64,000 nucleotides of DNA from Heterodontus francisci (lineage: Eukaryota), in the NCBI RefSeq assembly GCF_036365525.1, contig NC_090417.1, positions 2,590,832 through 2,654,831 on the forward strand, in the 5' to 3' direction. The notes below the pieces were generated by a model, which saw only the letters and a list, made by a program, of their open reading frames with translations, ran no database searches and was not told where the DNA came from. How positions within the stretch are numbered: the first letter of the stretch is position 1; each line of letters opens with the position of its first letter. This document shows, in pieces, positions 38,399-50,635 of this stretch. Position numbers and translations under genes: made by a program.

Positions 38399-38733
38399 CG
38401 GCACAGTGGCGCAGTGGTTAGCACAGCTCCAGCGACCCGGGTTCAATTCTGGGTACTGCCTGTGTGGAGTTTGCAAGTTCTCCCTGTGTCTGCGTGGGTT
38501 TTCTCCGGGTGCTCCGGTTTCCTCCCACAGCCAAAAGACTTGCAGGTTGATAGGTGAATTGGCCATTATAAATTGTCACTAGTATAGGTAGGTGGTAGGG
38601 AAATATAGGGACAGGTGAGGATGTGGTAGGAATATGGGATTAGTGTAGGATTAGTATAAATGGGTGGTTAATGGTCGGCACAGACTCGGTGGGCCGAAGG
38701 GCCTGTTTCAGTGCTGTATCTCTAAATCTAAAT
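38399..38733 (+). mobile_element. HE1-type V-SINE (tRNA head, V domain, CR1/HER1-derived tail)
   Basis: A-box TGGCGCAGTGG and B-box GGTTCAATT. V-domain TGTGTGGAGTTTGCAAGTTCTCCCTGTGTCTGCGTGGGTTTTCTCCGGGTGCTCCGGTTTCCTCCCAC. Tail GGGCCGAAGGGCCTGTTTCAGTGCTGTA is shared with local CR1 3' ends. Confidence 0.9.
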
Positions 38734-40687
38734 CGTCTTGTTTACTTAATTAGGCAAGTATTTTGATTGAATGTAATTATAGGTTAACAAGGAGTTGTGA
38801 ACCCAACACTTATATTTTTGTTGAAACCAAAAAGTTTTGTGTGCAGAGAGAGGCTTTCTAAATTGTATCTTTTTATAGGTGTGCTTCTGAGATTACAAGC
38901 CTCAGGAATGCCTGATACACTAATTATAGGTCAATAAAGTTATGTCAACGCCTGCCAGCAGCCCAGCAAGGATCTGCAGTACAACTGAGCTCCATACCTC
39001 TGTGATTCTGCCTCAAGTCTTGGTCACAAATAGCACATCTGACTTGATTTACATTACATATAATTATTCACAGTTTTACAGTTTTATTATGAAGACTTCT
39101 AACTCTTTCGCAGCTGCTGGAACATTTCTACATCCAAAGGAAAAAACTAGAAGAAAACAATTTGGGGAATTACCGAAAGAATACTTTGAAATAAGGCAGA
39201 TTTTCAGAATCTGTATATTCCTTGAATCCCCCTTTTTTGACTATTCAGGAAAGGAAAATTATAGGTAATCAGAGATGAATGCAAAGATATGGAAACATGT
39301 TGAGTTTTGAAAGTTCACTCAAGTTAGCCAGCATAAGCCAGCAGCCCATTTGTTCTTACAATACTTGCAGACCCTTGCTGGTAGCATTGGAAGGTTTCCC
39401 AAGTTCGTATATTGTTGTACACCTGTTGTAGATGGGTGAAAACTACTTCACGTCACTGTGATGCCAGTGTTAAGCACCAGTCAGGATGAATGGGTCTTCA
39501 TAACTGTTATTTACAGTTTCTAGCTTCTCTGACTTACCAAGTTTATGGAAAGCTCTCAAATCTACTGTTAAGTATCCTGCTTCCCAATCACAATCTTCTG
39601 GCTTATCATCTGAAGTCAGACTATTTTACTTTTTGCTATGAATGGATGGTCAAATAACTTTTTACCTTTATTTCTTTCTGTTAAACTGAAAGTAAACACC
39701 TGAAACAATCTCCTAATTATGCCTGCTTGTTTCTTATGCTCTCATACTGAAATTTGCAAGTTGCTGGCATGTAACAGTTATCTTATTTTTGAATATATTT
39801 AACAAATATCATTGCTGAATTAGGTAGCAGATGTGCAGTCGAAGATGCTAATACAATTTCAACTTTTGCAATAAATTACCTCAGTCCTTTGGGGGAAAGA
39901 AAGCAAAACCAAAATCAGGCAATGGGTTGATGTGAATACTGTAACTACAGAAATCCTTTCAAACAGTCCAATTATGGCATTAAACATATTTCTAGAAAAA
40001 GGCATACCTTTAGTATAGGCTCTTTGAAATGCATCTCATTGCCTTTTAAAATAATGCACACTGAGCTTTTAAAAAACGGAAGTATTAGACAATAACAAAT
40101 GAGACAATTCTCAATTTAGAGTGTGAGAAATCGAGTGGAAAAGAAAATGAACAAGTTGGTGTTTATCCAATGTCTCACTACTGAAGTGGGCTTAATGCTA
40201 ACCTCTCGTATTTTTCAGTGGGAAAGCAAGTAGACTGGAGTGTGCCAATGGACAGAACCAAACAGAAACGTGGAGCCGTTTGTACAGGAATCACATGCCA
40301 TGGAAAGTTTGTGCCAAACATCATATTGTCTATGATTGCACCATAAAGTACACTAATATTAAATAATGGTCACAAAAAAGTTAATGAAAAGGATATATGG
40401 GAGCATATAAGACCAGATAAAAATCTAATGTCAAGGCTGTTGCTCAGCAAATTCTTACTTGTGCAATTAATGAGCAAGAAAAAAGGAAGTTGAACAGTAA
40501 CAGAGGTTCATAGAGATCTGCATATTGAATTAAAGTCTTGATAAAAGCATGCACTTCCTGGAAGTACCAGACTCATTGTCTGAACCATTTTCCCAATCAC
40601 ACTGGTCACATTTTATGAATAACTCTATTTAATTAAATGTAACACAGCATCTCCTCCAACTCACTGTAAATAATGCCATAAGAGAAC

Positions 40688-41814
40688 CATAGAAACATTA
40701 CAGCACAGGAGGCAGCCATTCAGCCCATCATGTCTGCGCTGGCCAAAAATCTAGCTGCCCAATCTAATCCCACCTTCCAGCACCTGGTCATAGCCTTGCA
40801 GGTTACAGCACTTCAGGTACATGTCCAGGTACCTTTAAAATGAGTTGAGGGTTTCTGCCTCCATTACCATTTCTGGAAGTGAATTCCAGGCACCCAAATC
40901 TGTGCCCCCTGGTAACTGACCTCTCTGCCAGGGGAAATAGGTTCTTCCCGTCTACTTTATCTCGGCCACTCATAATTCTGCACACCTCAATTAAGTCACT
41001 CCTCAGCCTCCTCTGTTCGAAGGAAAACAACCCTAACCAATCCAATCTTTCCTCACAGCTGCTATGGCAATATTCTTGTAAATCTCCTCCGTACTCTCTC
41101 CAGAGCAATTAGGTATTTCCTGTAATGTGGTGACCAGAACTGTACACAATACACCAGGTGCGGCCTAACCAGTGTTTTATACAGTTCCAGCATTACATCC
41201 CTGCTTTTGTATTCTATACTTCGGCCAATAAAGGAAAACATTCCATAAGCCTTCTTCACCACTCTATCTACCTGTCCTGCTACCTTCAGGGACCTGTGGA
41301 CATTCACTCCAAGGTCTCTCACTTCTTCTACCCCTCTCAAAATCCTCCCATTTATTGTATATTACCTTGCTCTGTTTGCCCTCCCCAAATGCATTACCTC
41401 ACGCTTCTCTGGACTGAATTCCATTTGCCACTTTTCTGCCACTCAACCAAACTATTGATATAATTCTTGAATCTACAGCTATCCTCTTCACTATCGACGG
41501 CCAATTTTTGTGTCATCATCAAATTCCCTAATCTTGCCTCCCACAGTTATGTCCAAATCATTAATATATAACACATGCAGCAGGGGTCCCAACACTGAAC
41601 CCTGTGGAACGCCACTGGAAGCCACTTTCCATTCGCAAAAACATCCGTCAACTACTACCCTTTGTTTCCTGCCACTGAGCCAATTTTGGATCTATCCTGC
41701 CACATTCCCCGTATCCCATGGGATTTCATTTTTCTGACCAGTCTGCCACGCAGGACCTTGTCAAATGCCTTACTAAAATCCATGTAGACCACATCCACTG
41801 CAGTACCCTCATCG
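40688..41814 (-). mobile_element. CR1/HER1 LINE 3' fragment in duplication copy A
   Basis: Encodes VDVVYMDFSKAFDKV and LELYKTLVRPHLVYCVQFWSPHY; absent at the matching site in copy B. Confidence 0.92.
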
Positions 41815-41891
41815 ATATATAGAAAGAAAAATATAATTAGATAGTGCCACCAGTCATATTTTATATCCTGCTGCAATGGTGGTCCTGGAAT

Positions 41892-43293
41892 TCTCTTTTG
41901 GGCCTCCTTATCTCGAGAGACAATGGATACGCGCCTGGAGGTGGTCAGTGGTTTGTGAAGCAGCGCCTGGAGTGGCTATAAAGGCCAATTCTGGAGTGAC
42001 AGGCTCTTCCACAGGTGCTGCAGAGAAATTTGTTTGTTGGGGCTGTTGCACAGTTGGCTCTCCCCTTGCGCCTCTGTCTTTTTTCCTGCCAACTACTAAG
42101 TCTCTTCGACTCGCCACAATTTAGCCCTGTCTTTATGGCTGCTCGCCAGCTCTGGCGAATGCTGGCAACTGACTCCCACGACTTGTGATCAATGTCACAC
42201 GATTTCATGTCGCGTTTGCAGACGTCTTTATAACGGAGACATGGACGGCCGGTGGGTCTGATACCAGTGGCGAGCTCGCTGTACAATGTGTCTTTGGGGA
42301 TCCTGCCATCTTCCATGCGGCTCACATGGCCAAGCCATCTCAAGCGCCGCTGACTCAGTAGTGTGTATAAGCTGGGGGTGTTGGCCGCTTCAAGGACTTC
42401 TGTGTTGGAGATATAGTCCTGCCACCTGATGCCAAGTATTCTCCGAAGGCAGCGAAGATGGAATGAATTGAGACGTCGCTCTTGGCTGGCATACGTTGTC
42501 CAGGCCTCGCTGCCGTAGAGCAAGGTACTGAGGACACAGGCCTGATACACTTGGACTTTTGTGTTCCGTGTCAGTGCGCCATTTTCCCACACTCTCTTGG
42601 CCAGTCTGGACATAGCAGTGGAAGCCTTACCCATGCGCTTGTTGATTTCTGCATCTAGAGACAGGTTAGTGGTGATAGTTGAGCCTAGGTAGGTGAACTC
42701 TTGAACCACTTCCAGAGCGTGGTCGCCAATAGTGATGGATGGAGCATTTCTGACATCCTGCCCCATGATGTTCGTTTTCTTGAGGCTGATGGTTAGGCCA
42801 AATTCATTGCAGGCAGACGCAAACCTGTCGATGAGACTCTGCAGGCATTCTTCAGTGTGAGATGTTAAAGCAGCATCGTCAGCAAAGAGGAGTTCTCTGA
42901 TGAGGACTTTCCGTACTTTGGACTTCGCTCTTAGACGGGCAAGGTTGAACAACCTGCCCCCTGATCTTGTGTGGAGGAAAATTCCTTCTTCAGAGGATTT
43001 GAACGCATGTGAAAGCAGCAGGGAGAAGAAAATCCCAAAAAGTGTGGGTGCGAGAACACAGCCCTGTTTCACACCACTCAGGATAGGAAAGGACTCTGAT
43101 GAGGAGCCACCATGTTGAATTGTGCCTTTCATATTGTCATGGAATGAGGTGATGATACTTAGTAGCTTTGGTGGACATCCGATCTTTTCTAGTAGTCTGA
43201 AGAGACCACGTCTGCTGACGAGGTCAAAGGCTTTGGTGAGATCAATGAAAGCAATGTAGAGGGGCATCTGTTGTTCACGGCATTTCTCCTGTA
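41892..43293 (-). mobile_element. RTE-clade LINE, 5'-truncated, young, with an uninterrupted RT ORF
   Basis: Open frame from QEKCREQ through FIDLTKAFD, GVKQGC and LLFADD to CSTCGRACHSRIGLYSH (stop at 41945). TSD TCCTGGAAT at 41883-41891 and 43294-43302. Confidence 0.95.
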
Positions 43294-43447
43294 TCCTGGA
43301 ATGGGGCATAGATTATCCCCAGAAATGTTTAAAACCAAGCATTAATGACAGTTAAATCGTGGAAAGGCTCCAGTTGTGATGGCTTTAATACGGCCAAGAA
43401 TCACAAACTCCAGTGCTAACGCAACTTGCTCTTCTAAGAGGAGCTTT

Positions 43448-44468
43448 GTCATAGAGTTTTACAGCACAGAAACAAGCCCTTCGGCCCACCGCACCTACGC
43501 TGACCATCAAGCACCTGTCCAAAACTAATGCCACTTCCCCGCAGTCTTGTATGTTATGGCGTGTCAAGTGCTCATCTAAATACTTCTTAAATGTCTTGAG
43601 TGTTCCTGCCTCTACCACCCCTTCAGGCAGTGTGTTCCAGATTCCAACCACCCTCGAGGTGAAAAATCTTTTCCTCAACTCCCCTCTAAACTTCCTGCCC
43701 CTTACCTTAAATCTATGCTCCTTAGTTATTGACCTCTCTGCTAAGGGAAAAAGTTTCTTCCTATCTAGCCTATCAATGCCCCTCATAATTTTGTATACCT
43801 CAATCAGGTCCCCCCTCAGCCTTCTACGCTCCAAGGAAAACAATCCCAGCCTATCCAGTCTCTCTTCATGACTGAAATTCTCCTGCCCAGGCAACATCCT
43901 GATGAACCTCTTCTGCAGCCTCCCCAGTGAAATCACATCCTTACTATAGTGTGGTGACCAGAACTGTACACCGTACTACAACTGCGGCCTAACCAGTGTT
44001 TTATACAGCTCCATCATAACCTTCCTGCTCTTATATTCTGTGCCTCGGCTAATAAAGGCAAGTATCCCGTATGCCTTCCTAACCACATTATCTACCTGTG
44101 CTGATACCTTCAGTGATCTATGGACAAGTACACCAAGGTCCCTCTGACCCGCTGTACTCCCTAGGGTCCTACCATCCATTGTATATTCTCTTGCCTTGTT
44201 AGTCCTCCTAAAGTGCATCACCTCATACTCCTCAGTATTAAACTCCATTTGCCACAGCTCCGCCCATCTTACCAGCCCATCCATATCGTCCTGTAATCTA
44301 AGGCCTTCCTCCTCACTATTTACGACACCACCAATTTTTGTGTCATCTGCGAACTTATTGATCGTACCTTTTATTTTCATGTCTAAATCATTAATCTACA
44401 CTACAAACAGCAAGGGGCCCAGCACCGATTCCTGCGGTACCCAACTGGTCACAGGCCTCCATTCACAA
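43448..44468 (-). mobile_element. CR1/HER1 LINE 3' fragment in duplication copy A
   Basis: Encodes KFADDTKIGG, WQMEFN and RRRLRGDLIEVYKIMRG, plus a 3' tail; absent in copy B. Confidence 0.93.
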
Positions 44469-44718
44469 AATGTTGTGTTGCACAAAGGATCTGAAAATCT
44501 CACCAGTAGGGTTGAAGACAAACTTGATAATCTGTAATCAATGCAAAATTTGGAGGTCTAACTCTGATTTTACACCAGAGGATGGTTGGTTGGAAGTTGA
44601 AAATCTTTTCCCAGTTGAAATGCCAACAAGGACCTGACTGGTTGCAATTTGCAATATAGTACCTACAATGTTCCTCTGTAAACACTGAATCACTACTGTA
44701 CAGTTAATTTCTTACCAC

Positions 44719-45555
44719 TGTTTGATCCTGTAGTTTTTTTTCCCGGGAAGTATGTGGTGTGCCTTTAAGGCTGGAAAAGGATTAGTACTGCTTTAAGGCA
44801 ACAAGCTCCAGGGACTGAGATTCAGAGAATGCATTCTGGTTGCCCCGGGATACAGCCACTCAGGACCAAGGACATGAGATACAATGCTGCCAAATGACGT
44901 TTGAAACTAGTTTAAAAAACTGGCTTGTGTGAGACAGTTAACAAACACAGACAGACAGCTGGACCAGCATGAATTGAACAGAGATTTCCGACAATTTAAA
45001 CTGAATGAAGGGAAGTTAGACTGTGACAATCTTTTATCCCTCAAAAATTCCAAAGCCAAATTGATTCATTAAAAAGAATTTGCAAGTTCTTAATTGCTGA
45101 ATTCATTACTGGATTACTGGAGAAGAAAAGCATCACTTCATTTGCTGAACTAGACTACAGACTGTTCTACTGTTGAAGAACCTTTTTTTTCCTCATCAGA
45201 TGCTGTGAGGACTTCAAGCAACCTTGGACTGTTTCACGATGGAAGATTTCACTTCGGCAAGAGCGTAAATCTGCAAGGACACTAATTTTTTCTATCTTAA
45301 ATGTTGTTTCTATCTTAGTGTTTAAGAATTTAGTTTTTCTAATTAAACAGATAATTTGTTGATCTAAAGACACCTGATTTGGTTAGCCTCATTCAGGGAT
45401 TAATAGATGGTACAATTCTTTAATTTGGAAAGTTTAAAATGACATGTTAGGCGATCTGTGGAGAAGCGGGAATGAATCAACAGTGTGTTTCTCCTACCAC
45501 AATCCGAATCATATATTTTGATTGGGGGATTTGTCTTGACCGGTCAGTCGTAACA
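44719..45555. mobile_element. Solo LTR, 837 bp, TG...CA, 4-bp TSD
   Basis: TGTTTGATCC...GTCGTAACA flanked by CCAC/CCAC. Copy B has the empty site TTTCTTACCACCCAGT at 48782-48797. Confidence 0.9.
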
Positions 45556-46454
45556 CCACCCAGTCAAGCATGCATAAACTCTCAAGATTGCAAACTTATT
45601 TTTACACCATACTCAAAAACATAATATACCACAGAAAAATAAGTTTATCGAGTTCACTCCAAAATTTACTTGAATGAAGATTTGAACCACCCAGAGTATG
45701 CACCAGGCAGGAAGATTGAGTCTTCACAATTGTTATTTACAGTTTCTACTTCCCCTAACCTCCCCAAATTTATGAAAAGCTCTCAAATTGACCAATAAAT
45801 CTCTGCTTTCCAAATTGCAATCTTCGGGGCTATCATCTGAAGTTAGGCTTCTTTTGCAACGAAGGGATGGTAAAATAACATTTTTACCTTTACTTTTTCC
45901 TGTTAATTTTAAAGTCAATACTTGAAACAATTTCTTAATTCTGCCTGCTTGTTTCTTTTTATAGTGAAAATTTGCAAGCTGCTGGTATGTGACTTTTATG
46001 CTTCTGATATAATTAATAAATATCATTGCTGAATTAGGTAGTAGAGGTGTAGTTCTCAGATGCTAACTTAATTGCATGGATTACCTCAGTCCTTTTTGGG
46101 CAAGAAAACAAAATCAAAATTGGGCAATCTGTTCATATGAATAAAAGTAGAGGGGAGTATTGTAACTACAGAAATCCTTAGAAATAGTACAATTATGGTC
46201 TAAAACATATTTCTAGGACAAGTTGTACATGTAGTATAGGCACTTTGAAATGCATCACTTTCTACCTTTTAAAATTATGCACACTAAGCATTTAAAAATG
46301 GAAGTATTAGTTAGTAACAAATGAGACGATTCTCAATTTAAAGCGCGAGGAATGCAGTGCAAAAGAAAATGAACAAGGTGATGTTATGCAATGTCTCACT
46401 GCTGAAGTGGGCTTGATTCTGACCTCTAGTATTTTTCAGTGGGAGTGCAAGTGG

Positions 46455-47845
46455 ATCACAGGAACAGGAGTATGGCTGATCTGCAGCCTTACTCCACAAT
46501 CCAGTCTTTGCCCCATATTCCTTAAAACCTTTGGTTAACAAAAGTCTATTAATCTCAGAATTTAAAATTATTAATTGATCTAGCATCAACTGATGTCTGG
46601 GGAAGAGTGTTCCAAATATCTACCAACCTTTGTGTGTGTAAGTGTTTGCTAATTCCACTCCTGAAAGATCTGACTCGAATTTCTAGACCTAGTTCTAGAT
46701 TCCCCAACCAGCAGAAATGGTTTCTCTCTACCTACCTTATCTGTTACCCTTTGTCAACTGTGTATAAATTGTGTTGAATTATGCGCCGGTGTAGAGCATT
46801 AATTCGGGTTTTACTTGAGCACATATAAAGAGACACTTACTGTGGTGTGGTTGAGTTAGGAGGTGTACGCTTGTAATGTTTCACTCTCTAGATAAATGTT
46901 AGACTGAGTAAAGATTGGCTCCAGTACTATCCTTCACCAACTGGCTTTCTGGCATAAAACACCCTTAATATCTTAAAAAACTTCAATCAAATTACACCTC
47001 AAATGTCTAAATTCCAGGGAACACAATGTCAGTTTGTGTAATTTCTCCTCATAATTTAACTCTTTGAGTCCAGATATCATTCTGGTAAATCTACACTGTA
47101 CTCCCTCCAAGGCCAATATATCCTTCTTAAGATGTGGTGCCCAGAACAGCTCACAGTACTCCAGGTGTGGTCTCACCAGGGCTCTGTATAGCTGTCGCAT
47201 AACCTACACCCCTTTGTATTCTGGTCCTGTAGATATAAAGGCCAGCATTCCATTATCCTTTATTATTATTCCTGGATCTGTTCATGACATTTTAATGATA
47301 TATGTACATGGACCCTCAAGTCTCATTTGACCTACATAGTTTTGAGCTTTTCACCTTTTACAAAGTCCTTTGTTCTAACCTTTATAGGTCCAAAGTGGAT
47401 GACCTCACATTTTCCTGTAACGAAATCCATTCATCACAGTCTTGACCATTCACTTATTCTATTAATATCATTGTAATTTTAGGCTTCCAGCTACACTGCT
47501 TACAATGTCATCTATCTTTGTGTCATTTGCAAACTTGGATATGTGGCCTTCCATCTCATCATCTAAGTCATTCATAAATACGGTGAACAGTTGAGGTTCT
47601 AACACAACATAGCAGGGCACCACTCGTCAGATCCTGCCAGTTAGATTACCTGTCCATTATCCCTTCTCTCTGTCTAACCAGATAAATAATTCAATTCCAA
47701 TGGCTTCAGCTTTATATGGGAGTTTATAAATGCCTTCTGGAAGTCCACATAAGTACAACCATAGATATTCCCCTGTCCAGCACGTAAGTCACATCTTCAA
47801 AAAATGCAATCAACTTGATAAGGCATGACCTACCCTTTACAATTT
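46455..47845 (-). mobile_element. CR1-clade LINE fragment in duplication copy B, carrying a nested LTR
   Basis: Encodes LYRALVRPHLEYC...WAPHLKKDILALEGVQ.RFTRMI; absent in copy A. Confidence 0.88.
46752..46961. mobile_element. Small solo LTR, 210 bp, TG...CA, 5-bp TSD
   Basis: TGTCAACTG...CATAAAACA flanked by CCCTT (46747-46751, 46962-46966); interrupts the CR1 sequence. Confidence 0.85.
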
Positions 47846-48962
47846 AAAATTAGACAGGAGTGTGTCAATGAGCAGAGTCAAACAGAAACCTGGAGTCGTT
47901 CATACAGGGATCATACACTATGCAAAGTTCTACTCAGCATACTTTTGTCCATAATTGCACCACAGGAATAGTAAAGTGAACTTATAATAAATAATGATCA
48001 CAAAACATAGTTAAATGAAAAAAAATATGGAAATATATAGGACCAGTTAGAAATCTAATGTCAAGGCTGCTGCTTGGCAAGTCCTTACGTGTGAAACTTA
48101 CTGAGCAAGGAAGTTCAACAGTAAAGAAAGTCCTTACAGATCTGCATATTGAACAAAAGTCTTGATAAAAGCATGCACTTCCTGGAAGTATTACACTCGT
48201 TGTCTGTACCATCACACTTCCTGATCGCATTTTATTAAACTGATAAATAAAATATAGCATATCCTCTGATTCACTGGAAGCAGCAATGCCACGGGAGAAC
48301 TGCTACATATGTATGTTCATAATATAATTATATCTTACCACCATACTATTTTATATCCTGCTGCAATAGTGGCTACCTTGTTCTGAAATGGGGCAGAGGC
48401 AGCCCAGTGATGTTTAAAACCAAGCACTAATGACAGTCAAGTCGTGGAAAGTCCTAATAATGGCCGAGAATCTCAAACTCCAGGAATTTCCTCAATTTGC
48501 TCTTCAAAGATGAGTTTTGTATTGCACAAAGAATCTGAAAGGCTCACCAGTTGGGCTGAAGACAGACTTGATTATCTGCAATCAATGCAAAATTTAGAGG
48601 TTCAACTCCAATTTGACACAGGAAAAGTGCTCGGCTGGGAGTGGAATTTCTCTTCCCACATGTGTGAAGATACATTCTTGAAACACCAACATGGTCTTGA
48701 CTGGTTGCAATTAGATTACAACTTGCAATACTGAACCAACAGTGTCCCTCTATAAGCACTGACCCACTTCAAAAAAGTTAGTTTCTTACCACCCAGTGCA
48801 CAATTTTCAAATTAAGTTACTGCATCAAAGTCAAGCAGGCATAAACTCTCAAGATTGCAAACTTATTTTTACACAATAATTAAAAACATAATATACCACA
48901 GAAAGACAAGTTGGTTGAGTTCACTCCCAGATTTACATGAATCAAGAAATGTTGAAGATTCT

Positions 48963-49829
48963 GGGCTGCACAATGGCAGTTCGCGGAGCCGCCACGATAT
49001 CCAGCGGGACTACTCATTTAAATGGCCGGGATAGACGGCCTAACCTGATGTAAAAACAGAAAGGGCTGGAAATACTCAGCAGGTATGGCAGCATCTGTGG
49101 AGAGAGAAGCAGAGTTAACGTTCCAGGTCAGTAACTTTCATTAGTACCTGGAGGGGGTGGACTGTCTGTCCCCAGCAATGACATCAGGCCTATTGCGCAG
49201 GCACCAACATCATTTTTAAAGGGCTTTGAGCCCTCCATCTCAATTTACTTTTTTAAAGGAATAGTGCTTTAAAGTAGATATGACAAAATTAAATAAATGT
49301 TTCTAGCCCCTCTCCACCCCCCCCCATAACCATATAATTCATTCCTTGCCCTCTCCCCCACCCCCCGAAATACTTACCTTGTGCACCTGACATTCCTCCC
49401 CTAAAGTTGATAAACTGTGCACTTTACCCCTTCCCAGCATCCCTTATACCAATTGGATGAGTTTGACCCTGTTCCCCCCCACACTGAAATATTTACCTGC
49501 TCCTGCCTCCCCACCAGTGTCCCGCCTCAGATCCCGGACCGGTATTCAAAGGCGTGGGAGTGTCGACCACCGGCAGCAATATCACTCCGGAATGGAGAGC
49601 GGGACCGATTAAGTAAGTAATTCATTAATATAAATAAATTTACCTATGCAAATTTGATTCCTGTCGCCGAGCAACAGGGGTCCTCCATGAGGCCTCGCCA
49701 CCACCAGCAATATCGGGTCAGGCCTTCCCGGCATCGAGGCCCGTGGCAGGCCTCTGCTGGAGTCATTTTCCGGCATCCCCTCACCTCTGCCACAATCCCC
49801 GACATTGAGGGGATTGTAAAATTCAGCCC
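48963..49829. mobile_element. GC-rich non-autonomous element, probably Harbinger-derived, with a nested Penelope-type tail (49050-49145)
   Basis: The right end reads GGGCTGAATTTTAC on -, resembling the terminus at 31110. The left end is degenerate. Confidence 0.5.
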
Positions 49830-49889
49830 TCGTGTTTTATTAGTTAGCTCAACCCAACTTATTTTCAAATGTGGTGTAACAGCAAAGTT

Positions 49890-50590
49890 ACATTGAGTCC
49901 ACAGCACAGAAATAGGCATTTGGCCCAGCTGGTAATACTGATGTTTATGCTGCACATGTACCTCTTCCGACTCCTTTTCATCTAACCCTATCAGTATATT
50001 GTTCTATTCTTTTCTCCTGAACTCCTTATTGGATTTATTAGTGACTATCTCATGTTTATGACCTCTAATCAAACCTTTGCATTATCCCAAAGACCTCTAT
50101 CAGGCCATCCCTCCGCCTTCTCTTTTCTGGAGAAAAGGGACAGTGGCAGCGAGGATTCAAAATTGGCTAAGGGGCAGAAAGCAGAGTGTACTGGTGAACA
50201 GTTGTTTTTTTTTAGACTGGAGGGAAGCATACAGTGGTATTCCCCAGCAATCAGTATTAGGATCACTGATCTTTTCTTGACATGAATTAATGACATGGAC
50301 TGCTGTACACAGGGCACAAATTCAAAGTTTGAAGAGGATACAAAAGTCAGAAATGTTGCCAACAATGAGGAGGATAGTAACAGACTTCAGGATGACATTC
50401 GCAGACTACTAAAATGGGCAGGTATGCAGCAGATGAAATTTAACGTAGAGGAGTGTGAAGTGATACATTTTGGTAAGAAGAATGAGAGGCAACATAAATT
50501 AAATGGTACAATTTTAAAGATGGTGCAGCAAGAGAGAAGCCTTGGGATGTATGTACTCATATCTCTGACAAGTGGAGAAGGCTGTTAGTG
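49890..50590. mobile_element. Two abutting CR1 fragments in opposite orientation (- 49890-50120, + 50130-50590)
   Basis: Reverse CR1 tail, then IQNWL..RKQ.V and SKFEEDTK...QMKFNVEECEVIHFG. Confidence 0.7.
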
Positions 50591-50635
50591 CCACTATATC
50601 ATGGTCTCATGTGGCTACTTGTGCTTTAGTTTCAG

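Larger units (their letters stand above)
39472..48945 (+). repeat. Old head-to-tail duplication of a ~1.85-kb unit (copy A 39472-45697, copy B 45698-48945), each with its own TE insertions
   Basis: Collinear diverged matches, e.g. 39810 vs 46020 AAATATCATTGCTGAATTAGGTAG; 40545 vs 48165 TTGATAAAAGCATGCACTTCCTGGAAGTA; 45575 vs 48840 GCATAAACTCTCAAGATTGCAAACTTATTTTTACAC. Confidence 0.92.

Noticed and set aside
38399-38460. tRNA gene
   Set aside because: The A/B boxes belong to a SINE head with an internal deletion, followed by a V domain and LINE tail.
31110-49829. One 18.7-kb composite Harbinger bounded by similar inverted termini
   Set aside because: The termini are not identical and the flanks (CTA vs TCG) do not form a TSD. 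Two independent elements is the simpler explanation.
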